Origin: an uncultured Nitrososphaerota archaeon
Lineage (GTDB): Archaea > Thermoproteota > EX4484-205 > JAAOZP01
Direction: 5' to 3'
DNA length: 64,000 nt
NCBI GenBank assembly: GCA_964416155.1
Contig: CAYQCW010000003.1
Location: forward strand, 151,336-215,335
The translations under genes and the position numbers were made by a program. The notes beneath the pieces are model-generated. The model saw only the letters and a program-made list of their open reading frames with translations. It had not been told where the DNA came from and did no database searches. This document shows positions 27,931 to 36,779 of this stretch, in pieces; position 1 is the first letter of the stretch; each line of letters opens with the position of its first letter.

Positions 27931-30837
27931 TTAGTCCATTATTATTGCTGGTCTTCCCGGTAGGATTGGAGGCTTCTTTGCAAGAAGCATCCTCACCTCT
28001 TCCCTTTGAGCCACGTCCTCGCTGAATGTTTCGACGCTGCACCTGAACTCCTTCTCGAAGAAGGATTGCACCTCCTTAATTATGTTCTGCTCGCCTTTCT
28101 CTAGCACGTATTTTAGAATCTTCCTGTGTTCTTCCGTCACCGTCTGAATGTTCTTCATCACCTGCCCCATGAATCTTCCGAGTTCCTCCTTGCTGACGCC
28201 GGTTGCGTGCCGTGCCAAGATTCCCCTTATTTTTTCAGGATTCGTCTCAGCGATCTCAACTATTTCTCTAAACGCGGTATTCTTCCATTGCGCGGCTGTT
28301 ATGAGCCTCAGCTTGGTCGGTGAAGTCTTTTTCACAGCCTTCAGTATTTGATAAGTGTCCTCCACGAGCTGCTCTAAGTATTTCTCTATAAGCATAGGCT
28401 TCTCGTCGGCTTCAACAGACACGGGCCACGCGTGGTTGGCAAGCAGATTCTTCTTACCCAGCTTGCTCCACAACTCTTCGGCGAGATGCGGTGAGAAAGG
28501 GTAGAGCAAGTTAAGCCATGTTTCAACTGCCTCCCTTAAAGCCGTGGAATCAGGTTCCTTAACCCTTCTCAAGTACCATCTTAAGTCGTTTCTTAAACCA
28601 TAAAGGGCTTCACTCGCGGCCTCTCTTATCTGCATGTTTTCAAGGGCTTCTGTAACGTTTTTAACACGTTTCCTGACCGCGTTCCTTAACCAATCCTCCA
28701 TGTGCCCGTTGCAAGCCGATCCTTTTTCTTCTAAAAGTGAGTGAACAAACCCGTAGATGCTTCTTAACAGCTCAATGTTTTTCCTAGCCTTCTCACTCTC
28801 CCAGTTAGGATCCTCCAAGCCCTCTGCCGAGAGAAGCAAGGTTATTCTCGTCGCATCCGAACCGTATTTTTCAACAGCATCCCTTAGAGAGATGAAGACT
28901 CCCTTAGACTTATGCATGGGTTGTCCCTCTATCCTTAGAAAGCCGTTCACCGATATTTGTCTAGGCCATTTCTCCTCAGGAAAGATGGCGACATGGTGGA
29001 AGATGTAGAATGTTAAATGATTTGCGACAAGATCCTTGCCTGAGTTCCTAAGGTCAACCGGATACCAGTAGTCAAACTCATACCTAAGCCTCTTTAAGAA
29101 GCCCGCGGATACGCCTGTCTTACTTTCAACCTCCTCCGGCACGCCCATTCCGAGTAACACATAGTCGTAGAACTCTTCAGTAAGGTTTTCAGGCTTCAAC
29201 ATCCTGTTGTTAACGTATTTTGAAACGATGTAGTACGCCATGTACACGGTGGAGTCGCTCAGCGTTTCAACAATATGGCTAGGAAGCCATGGAACCGGGG
29301 TTCCGAGCCCAGAGGTCCTTGTGAAAGCCCAGTCATCATACCAGTTTACGAAATAAGTAAAGTTCTCCCTAACCTCCTTGGGGTATATGCTCATTCTTAC
29401 CAATGCTTTCAGAGCTTTAGCCTTCCATTCAGGCCAAGAGTATCTTAAGAGATACTGGTCACCCAGGATTTTAACGTGGCACCTCGTCCCGCATCTGCAA
29501 ACCACCGGCGACGGCAATTCTAGAAACTCGTCCCCTACACCGGTTTTCCTCATCTCCTCGATAACAAGCTCTTTAGCCTTCTGGACAGGTAAACCTGAAA
29601 ACCTGCCGCAGTTGCTAAGCGTCACACCCTTGTGAAACTCCTCCCTATATACTAGGCTTGTAGCCTCTTCCAGCTTAGGGTCAAATTGGTTTTTTATCTT
29701 GAGTTCTGTAACAAGTTTCTCAGAGGGATTTGAACCATACTTCTCGGTTGTTATCATGGATATTGGTTTTATAGAACGGATTTCAGCCGGGTCGAGACTG
29801 TACTCCCTGAGAACAGCCTCGTTTCTCTTCAAGTCCTCAAGAGCCATGTAATCATACGGAGCGTGCGCTGGAACACTGTAGACCACGCCTGTTCCAAGAG
29901 AAGGGTCTACGAATGAAGCCGGCAATACCAGGACTCTAGCACCTGTGAAAACAGTCTCAACAGCCTTGCCTATAAGGTCCCTGCCCTTTAATTCACGCAT
30001 CTTATTAATAGTTCTCATCTGGTCGGCAAGCTTATCCAGCGTCTCAACGCTAACAATCCATTTTTCACCGTCGACAGTCGCCTCCGCATAAGCAGCATCC
30101 GGGTTGACCCAAACGTTTGTGGCTCCGAAAATCGTCTCCGGACGGAAGGTTGCGGCAACAAGATGAGAGTCTCCAAGACGGAATTTGACGAGATAGAACT
30201 TCTCTGGGAAAACACCCTCTCCGCTAAGCCTGTCATGATCCCCCGTGGAACTCTTGTCCCTCGGACACCATACGACGGGGTGCACCCCCTTCGTAATGTA
30301 ACCCTTCTCCTTCAGCTTCAAGTATTGCCATTGAACAAAAGTGCTGAAGCCAAGGTTTAAACTGGAAGTATGGAACTCTCTACGCCAATCTACAGCCAGA
30401 CCATAATCCTTAAGAGCAGCACGATTCCTCTCAGTGTAATACTTAGCTAGGTAGAGCGGGTCTTTGAAACGTTCAATCTCTTCTCTTGGGACACCGTCCA
30501 TCTTCTCAAGTATTTCAATAGTTCTCGCGTCGCCCCGGCTTATCCTGTCAGAGATTCCGGTTATAGTCGTACCGGTCCAGTGGAACGCGAACGGGAAAAG
30601 AACGTTGAAACCTCTCTTACGCTTAAACCTTGCCACAACGTCTAGACGAGTTAAAGTGTATGCCGTGCCGAGGTGGACGGGCCCACTCATATAGGGGAAA
30701 GGAAAGGTTACGAAGAACTTTGGCTTAGACGGGTCTGGCTCAGCCTCGAAAGCCTTCTCCTCCTCATACTTTCTCTGCCACTTCTTCTCGATCTCTGAGA
30801 AAGAGTACTCTGGCTTCTCCAAGGTTTTGTTTTCCAA
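27931..30837 (-). CDS. leuS: Leucyl-tRNA synthetase (archaeal type)
   Basis: 968 aa. Class I motifs PYMSGPVHLG and KMSKS-like MHKSKG, plus an editing domain. Confidence 0.9.
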   Translation of the reverse strand: MENKTLEKPEYSFSEIEKKWQRKYEEEKAFEAEPDPSKPKFFVTFPFPYMSGPVHLGTAYTLTRLDVVARFKRKRGFNVLFPFAFHWTGTTITGISDRISRGDARTIEILEKMDGVPREEIERFKDPLYLAKYYTERNRAALKDYGLAVDWRREFHTSSLNLGFSTFVQWQYLKLKEKGYITKGVHPVVWCPRDKSSTGDHDRLSGEGVFPEKFYLVKFRLGDSHLVAATFRPETIFGATNVWVNPDAAYAEATVDGEKWIVSVETLDKLADQMRTINKMRELKGRDLIGKAVETVFTGARVLVLPASFVDPSLGTGVVYSVPAHAPYDYMALEDLKRNEAVLREYSLDPAEIRSIKPISMITTEKYGSNPSEKLVTELKIKNQFDPKLEEATSLVYREEFHKGVTLSNCGRFSGLPVQKAKELVIEEMRKTGVGDEFLELPSPVVCRCGTRCHVKILGDQYLLRYSWPEWKAKALKALVRMSIYPKEVRENFTYFVNWYDDWAFTRTSGLGTPVPWLPSHIVETLSDSTVYMAYYIVSKYVNNRMLKPENLTEEFYDYVLLGMGVPEEVESKTGVSAGFLKRLRYEFDYWYPVDLRNSGKDLVANHLTFYIFHHVAIFPEEKWPRQISVNGFLRIEGQPMHKSKGVFISLRDAVEKYGSDATRITLLLSAEGLEDPNWESEKARKNIELLRSIYGFVHSLLEEKGSACNGHMEDWLRNAVRKRVKNVTEALENMQIREAASEALYGLRNDLRWYLRRVKEPDSTALREAVETWLNLLYPFSPHLAEELWSKLGKKNLLANHAWPVSVEADEKPMLIEKYLEQLVEDTYQILKAVKKTSPTKLRLITAAQWKNTAFREIVEIAETNPEKIRGILARHATGVSKEELGRFMGQVMKNIQTVTEEHRKILKYVLEKGEQNIIKEVQSFFEKEFRCSVETFSEDVAQREEVRMLLAKKPPILPGRPAIIMD

Positions 30838-31069
30838 GCCTTGGAAAGATACTTAAAGATTTAGGGAGGAACCTCAGATAAGAATCTTAACAACTTGCCG
30901 TGGTTACTAATGAATACGCTTTTTTGGAGCATGTTTTCTCTTCCTTAGGGTCTTTTCAAGCTCTCTGTATCCCTCCTTTCTGAGAAATTCCTTTCTTTTC
31001 TTGTTGTTCCAAAATTCCTTTACCGCCATATCCATCGCATCCAATGCTTCAATAATGGCTTTCATTTTT

Positions 31070-31579
31070 TCATTGTAGCCCAGTGGAATCGAACAGCACG
31101 TAGAAATATCCGGGGAGAAGATAATTTACCTTAATGCCTGTTTTCTTGCTAACTAGTTTAGCCACATACTCTCCATAGGCCAGATGTGCTACAATTATGG
31201 GATATTCATGTCTCCATTTTTCTCGATCCTCTTCCACAAGCTTCTTTGCTAGGACTTCTGCCTTCAGATAATCCATCCGATAAAAGAACATAAGCTCTTT
31301 ATGCACATCATATACTTTATTCGTCTGAACAATTACGGTGCAATTATAAAACTCTAAGATTTGTGGAAGGTAGCGCTCATAAAATATTTTAACAGCCTAT
31401 TTTATCTTCCTCTCTTTCCCATCAATACAAACTTCTGATTTCCCCTTCACATATCTTTCTGATTTGTAGGGAAAACAGATGATCCCGTATTCCTCCAACT
31501 TTCCTAGTATCTGACCATACCGTTCATTCATGTGAGCAACTAGTTTCTTTAGGAAGTTTTCTTCATTCATCTCCTCCAA
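31070..31579 (-). pseudogene. Hypothetical gene interrupted by an in-frame TAG (two ORFs in the same frame)
   Basis: ORFs 31397..31579 and 31070..31306 share a frame, separated only by TAG at 31397-31399. The stretch between is also open in that frame. Confidence 0.45.
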
Positions 31580-31755
31580 CTTCTAGCACTATTTCTCTTC
31601 CTCCAATAAGATATAAAAGCTTACATACCATTCTCTTGAAGGAATTAAGAATCTCCTTAATTTGATCTGTCCAGATTATTTTGTAAAAACATTAATATCC
31701 CTGGTTTCAGGTTGAGAAAGTTGGAGAGGGAGAGGGGCTGGAGGTTCAAGATCTT

Positions 31756-32059
31756 TTAACCCTCAGATAGGGGTTCATATCCTACTTCCGCTTTCTTTTT
31801 CTCTAAGTAAACATAGGCTACTATGTAAGCTTTAATATTCTCCCCCCTCTTAATACCATAGCCCTTTTTACTTAAGTCAAGACCATGTTCTTCAATATAC
31901 TCTTTGTATTTTTTTAATTGCTCCAAGCCATTCCTAATAGCATTGCCTATGCTACCATACTTCGTGGTTGACTTGACCTCTATGACTATGAAGCGACCGT
32001 CCTTCGTCTTAAAGACTAAATCTTTCCCATCAGGGGCCTGTTGAGTATGCTACTTAAAC
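31756..32059 (-). pseudogene. Start-less fragment of a PD-(D/E)xK nuclease-like protein
   Basis: Stop-to-stop frame encodes ...DGRFIVIEVKSTTKYG... (a D..ExK core). There is no ATG/GTG start. Confidence 0.35.
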
Positions 32060-33168
32060 CGGCTGGAGGAAAAGGATGAAGAGTGTTGAAAGCAGGCGTC
32101 TCCAGCCACGCCCATCCATAGATGGGAAACGCGTGGGCTTGAGATAAGGCTTTCCGGTATGCACTGTTTGCGATGCTAGGGCTGTCCTCACAGGGTTACC
32201 CGGCCTCCGAGAATCGGCCCGAAATACGTTTTCGAAGTCCATATGAGGGGAAGCCTGGAGGCAGACCTCCTCAGGCTTAAGCATGCTCACAACCTCTGGG
32301 AGTCGAAAATATTCTTGGTTTCGACGGAGGATCAGCTTAAGGAAGCACGGTTGAAATTCCTCGGAGAGCTTCACGAGATCAAGGATGAAGTAACCCTGCT
32401 AGAAATAGGAGACGTTAAGAAATTCTACGGGTTTAAGGGGAGGTTCGAATGGCTTGAAAGAAGATTTGGACTAAGACCAAACTAAACATAAGCTAGAGGC
32501 TTACTTGTTTGCGTGCGGACATATGGTTGCCTTTTATGGCTCTAAGCTTGGCATTTCTTTAAACATATTTTTTAAAATGTTGGGTGAACGCAAGGGTTGT
32601 ACTGACGAAAATTTTATAAGATTAACTTAAGTTACTGGGAAACAGATGCTGAAGGAATGTAAGGGGCTGGCCACTAAATTGGTTAAGCTTAAGGTGGACC
32701 CCGGGCAACTTGCAAAAAGCTTGACTGATAAGCCGGGTATGAACGTAACGGCTTTCATACCGTAACGGCTTTCTGCAACTCATGCGGCTGTTTTCATTTA
32801 TCGCACTGCCTTGTTTAAATAATTTATGGTAATAGAGAGGTTCTAGTCGAGGTTAACCTTGAAACAACAGCACGCACTATTCCGTCGCCCCAGGCTGGTC
32901 TTGATTTAGACCCTTCCTCTCGTTTTTCATTCAATCCCTGAACCCCCTTGCTTCCTGAGTGCATCAGGGGTGCCGTCTTTAGGGTAAAAGCAGAGTATGA
33001 TTTTCCTACCATGGTAGTCTCTTAGCGCGCGCTAAGATGTAACGATAGGCTTTTTGGAAGACAGCTCAGGCTCTTTCTGTCAGCCCTTAGTTCGCAGGAT
33101 TCTTGGTTATGACAACCATCGACTCTGTTTCAATTAATCGTGATACTACGGTAAAGTGTGCTTAGCCT

Positions 33169-33675
33169 TTAAGTTAGCATGTGCTTCACCCTGCTCCTTC
33201 TTTTTAGAAAAAATGATGGCAATAATAATAGAACTCCAGCGGTGAAGACAATGATTTGATCCGTATACTCCGATTCTGAAATCCCTTGCGAAGATGTTCG
33301 GAGACTCAGAGATGGGCTGGGAGGACTGAAGTTTAAAACGAGGGCGTGAATACCCCTTTGCGCTGTCTGAAGAGTCACTATGAAAGACCCCTCATGCCTA
33401 CTTGCCCCCACTCCGGTCAGGGGCTGGTTCTGCAGGTAAGCCCCGACTTCTTCCGGCCTTAAAAATATAAGGGTTGAATCAACATCTCTGGGGATATCGA
33501 CGGACAGGATGATGCTCGACGAGCGTGTGAAGAAGAAGATTTCTCTCGAGGTAACGTTACCCGCCGGCTCTAAGAACCTCCAGCCCATAGCTCTGTCAAA
33601 GAAGGGTTGGCGTGCAAAGATGTAGGTTACAGATACTAGGATTAGAAAGAAGCCTAGTCTTGACGCGGGATTCAA
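33169..33675 (-). CDS. Membrane-anchored accessory protein of the ABC-2 exporter operon
   Basis: 168 aa with N- and C-terminal TM segments. Its stop abuts the permease. Confidence 0.4.
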   Translation of the reverse strand: MNPASRLGFFLILVSVTYIFARQPFFDRAMGWRFLEPAGNVTSREIFFFTRSSSIILSVDIPRDVDSTLIFLRPEEVGAYLQNQPLTGVGASRHEGSFIVTLQTAQRGIHALVLNFSPPSPSLSLRTSSQGISESEYTDQIIVFTAGVLLLLPSFFLKRRSRVKHMLT

Positions 33676-33676
33676 T

Positions 33677-34414
33677 TCATCTCACCTCATAAAAGCGGGT
33701 GAAGCAGATATACGCGACCAGTAGAAGCCCGATGGAAATAGCTAAGGTAGTGGCTAAGGCGTCAGTGCTCAAGTGAGGGACGATTAGAAAGCTTCTTGTA
33801 GAACTAGGAGGAATAAAGGATAGGAAGAATATTTCTTCAGGATTATAGTGGAAGGACATCGTGTTTAAAGAGTAGAAAACCAGCACAGTCGATAATATAG
33901 ATATGATGCTTCTTTCAGAAACTGTGGATATTAAGACGCTTACAGATATGATGAAAAATGTTTGAACCAATACGGGAAGAAATTGGAATATAATGGAAAT
34001 GAGAGAATCAGCCAGCCACATACCCCTCAGATTCTCGACAACGAGTATCAGCGTCACAGCGGAAACATATATAATGCTCGCCAAAAATAAGGCTAAAAGC
34101 TTTCCGGCGAATAGTTCTTTTCTACCACGAGAATACGCTAGTTCCATATCCAAGATTCCAGCTTCCCGTTCATACACGAATAGGATTGTGGCAAGAACCC
34201 CGGTTACCGCCCCCTGTATCATGAATGTTCCAAGCACTGAATTCAAAATATATTGTACAAACATTTGGAGGAAAGAATGGATTGTGGGGTTCGAAAACAC
34301 TAGTAGGTTTGGCAATTCTATTGTTCCGTTGAATACCATGCTGATGATCATTATTTCGGGTATTGGAAACACCATAAGTTTCTTCAGCTCCCAATAGACG
34401 TTTTCGCGGTTCAA
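33677..34414 (-). CDS. ABC-2 type transporter permease
   Basis: 6-TM protein directly downstream of the ATPase, with a 4-nt overlap. Confidence 0.65.
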   Translation of the reverse strand: MNRENVYWELKKLMVFPIPEIMIISMVFNGTIELPNLLVFSNPTIHSFLQMFVQYILNSVLGTFMIQGAVTGVLATILFVYEREAGILDMELAYSRGRKELFAGKLLALFLASIIYVSAVTLILVVENLRGMWLADSLISIIFQFLPVLVQTFFIISVSVLISTVSERSIISILSTVLVFYSLNTMSFHYNPEEIFFLSFIPPSSTRSFLIVPHLSTDALATTLAISIGLLLVAYICFTRFYEVR

Positions 34415-35148
34415 GCCGAGACATCCCCCATGACTTTTGCGTAGGCACCTACTAACGTGCCATCAGGCGAAAAGTTTGCGACGAATCCTTCCAAAGAGTC
34501 TTGAACAATGATCCTCCCCTTATATATTACGATTATGAAATCGCATACTTGTTGAAGCTCTTCTAAGATGTGTGTTGAAATTATGATAGTCCTATCATCG
34601 CGCCGCTTAAGTTCTTGAATGAGCTGAATCATTTCAATTCTGCCAAGAGGGTCAAGGTTCGTCGAAGGCTCATCAAGAATTATAAGGACGGGGTCGCCAA
34701 CCAGTACTTGAACGAGGCCCAGTCTCTGAACCATGCCTGCGGAATATGTTCCTATCTTTCTTCGAAGGAAATCGCCTTTTACAATCGGGTGACTTAGAAT
34801 ATCGGGGTTGAAACCCACACCTTTTAACTTAGCCACATGCCTCAAGTATTCTACTCCCGAAACCCATTTTGGAAAAGTGCATTTTTCCCTCAGGTAGCCA
34901 ATCATAGAGCATATCTTGTCGTGTTCTAAGAGGGGGTTTTTGCCTAACACTAGGATTTTTCCAGACGATGGCTTTTGAAGACCGAGCATTATTCTAATGA
35001 GGGTTGTTTTTCCGGAGCCGTTTGGCCCCACCAACCCGTAGACACCGTTTTCGAAAGTCGTGTGCACATTATCAAGGGCAAGAGTGTCACCAAACCTCTT
35101 GGAAACATTTATTGCCTCAACAGCTTTCATCGGCATGCACAAAGACAA
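34411..35148 (-). CDS. ABC transporter ATP-binding protein
   Basis: Walker A GPNGSGKTT, signature motif and Walker B ILDEPS. Confidence 0.85.
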   Translation of the reverse strand: MSLCMPMKAVEAINVSKRFGDTLALDNVHTTFENGVYGLVGPNGSGKTTLIRIMLGLQKPSSGKILVLGKNPLLEHDKICSMIGYLREKCTFPKWVSGVEYLRHVAKLKGVGFNPDILSHPIVKGDFLRRKIGTYSAGMVQRLGLVQVLVGDPVLIILDEPSTNLDPLGRIEMIQLIQELKRRDDRTIIISTHILEELQQVCDFIIVIYKGRIIVQDSLEGFVANFSPDGTLVGAYAKVMGDVSA

Positions 35149-35255
35149 CTTTGCCTACTTATATTTTACTCATCAGCACCTAATCACATATTTAACTAAT
35201 GTTAAACAACATTTAAATGGAGAGATAAAATAGAAAAAAAGGTGGATGAAATAAG

Positions 35256-35600
35256 ATGAGAAGGATGCTCCTTCTTCTGACGTTAGTAGTCATATTTTCA
35301 TCAAGCATTTCTGTTATTGCTCAAAAAGTTTGGGATGATGATTACCGTACAGGACCCTATGCCTCATGTGCATATGCTTATGTCGAGGCTTGGTACGTGC
35401 CTGGTATCAACTGGTATTTTGACTTCCGCCACAGAGGCTGGGGCGGTGCTGGTATTCCTTGCTACGTAGAAATATGGGTTTATCCAGGTGACGGAGGAAA
35501 CAGTCCATCCGGGGGTTTTACGCTGACAGAAGTCTGGGCTTATTCATATCCATATGATATTTTACTCGTAGCGGCATATGCTCAGGTTGGTTATGTCTAG
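35256..35600 (+). CDS. Small secreted protein (signal peptide, W/Y-rich)
   Basis: N-terminal signal peptide MRRMLLLLTLVVIFSSSISVIA. 114 aa. Confidence 0.4.
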   Translation: MRRMLLLLTLVVIFSSSISVIAQKVWDDDYRTGPYASCAYAYVEAWYVPGINWYFDFRHRGWGGAGIPCYVEIWVYPGDGGNSPSGGFTLTEVWAYSYPYDILLVAAYAQVGYV

Positions 35601-35606
35601 AGGCAA

Positions 35607-36545
35607 ATGCCCGTACTGATTACTAAGCGAGTCTTTACTTTTTTCCCACTTTTTTCTATGTTGCTGTCCATTATCGTTTGTTTCTCTCGACCGGAACCCG
35701 CATGGCTTAAGCCCGGATTCTACGTCGAGTATTTTCTTGACTCAAGGCCCGTCGGGCTTGTGGTAATTTCAAACTCGTCTCTCTCATACCTGCGGGATTA
35801 TTATCCCGCTCTCCGATGCAATGGTACTTATAGATTTGAGCTTCTACACATGAACTATTCTTTTGCACGATTCAATGTCACTCTCAATCTCACTGCATGG
35901 ATACCGGCTAAGCTAGGCTTAGCCCCCTGGGAAAAGGCGGAGTGGATCGAGTTCAAGCTACTTCAAACATCATGCATATATGATGTTGATTTGAAAACTC
36001 TAATGGCTTATAAAGAAGGAAGGAAAGTTGGGCTCTTTCCACTGTGGAGAGAATTCTCCGCCACCAGCGGTAAGGTTCCTTGTTTCTCAAACTTTTTCGG
36101 AAAAGAAGTTGAAGGGGATTACCTGCTTTTAGATGACGAGCTCATCAGAGAAACCCCTCTCGGTAGGTTTAGGCATTACTACTATGTTTTGGTCAGGATT
36201 GAGAAGGAACTGCTGGATCTTCCGTTCCAGATGAATGTTCAAACCTTCAAGATAGCCTTATCATATGATCGCGATACCTGTCTTCTAATCCACGGATATT
36301 GTTATACTGATGAGATATTGCTGGAATTCGGCATACTATTTTTTTACAACATGCATATTACGAAGACCTCCGTTGAATTTCCTCAGCTGGAAGAACAGGA
36401 ATATGGTTTCGAGGCTTGGCAGATGTATCTGGTCTTAATGCTTATTGGATTTTCTTTGCCCTTGATTCACAGGTTGTCGAAAAGGCTAAAGTCGCTTAAA
36501 TTTGACGCCCTAAGTGAGCGTGCTGGGCTAAGACGATATGTTTGA
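35607..36545 (+). CDS. Hypothetical membrane protein
   Basis: N- and C-terminal TM helices with a large extracytoplasmic domain. Starts 6 nt after the preceding gene. Confidence 0.4.
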   Translation: MPVLITKRVFTFFPLFSMLLSIIVCFSRPEPAWLKPGFYVEYFLDSRPVGLVVISNSSLSYLRDYYPALRCNGTYRFELLHMNYSFARFNVTLNLTAWIPAKLGLAPWEKAEWIEFKLLQTSCIYDVDLKTLMAYKEGRKVGLFPLWREFSATSGKVPCFSNFFGKEVEGDYLLLDDELIRETPLGRFRHYYYVLVRIEKELLDLPFQMNVQTFKIALSYDRDTCLLIHGYCYTDEILLEFGILFFYNMHITKTSVEFPQLEEQEYGFEAWQMYLVLMLIGFSLPLIHRLSKRLKSLKFDALSERAGLRRYV

Positions 36546-36779
36546 CATTACTAAACATTATGCTGAAGTTTTCACATCCTAGAATTAACTTATTATTAAA
36601 CGTTTTAGGGTATCTAAAGTCTTTTGGAGGCGCGCGCTTGAGTGGAAAAAACCCCAAGAAGCCCTTAAAATTGTAGAGTATGTCGTTGAAAATTCCAAGA
36701 ACTAAGGAAAAGGATGGCGTAAGCAGGTTTTACCAAGGTTTCAAACAATTTGTTGGAACATGCGTGCTAAACCCTTCTT

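Noticed and set aside
32054-32485. ORFs 32054..32374 (-) and 32243..32485 (+) in the decayed island
   Set aside because: They overlap each other on opposite strands within a GC-rich stretch lacking periodicity. Neither has motifs. They are treated as part of the ORF-poor island rather than as genes.
32860-33000. SRP RNA or RNase P RNA candidate (segment resembling GGAAGCAG on the minus strand)
   Set aside because: Only a partial match to the SRP helix-8 consensus. P4/CR-I-like RNase P motifs are absent. It is mentioned only as a search target in the findings.
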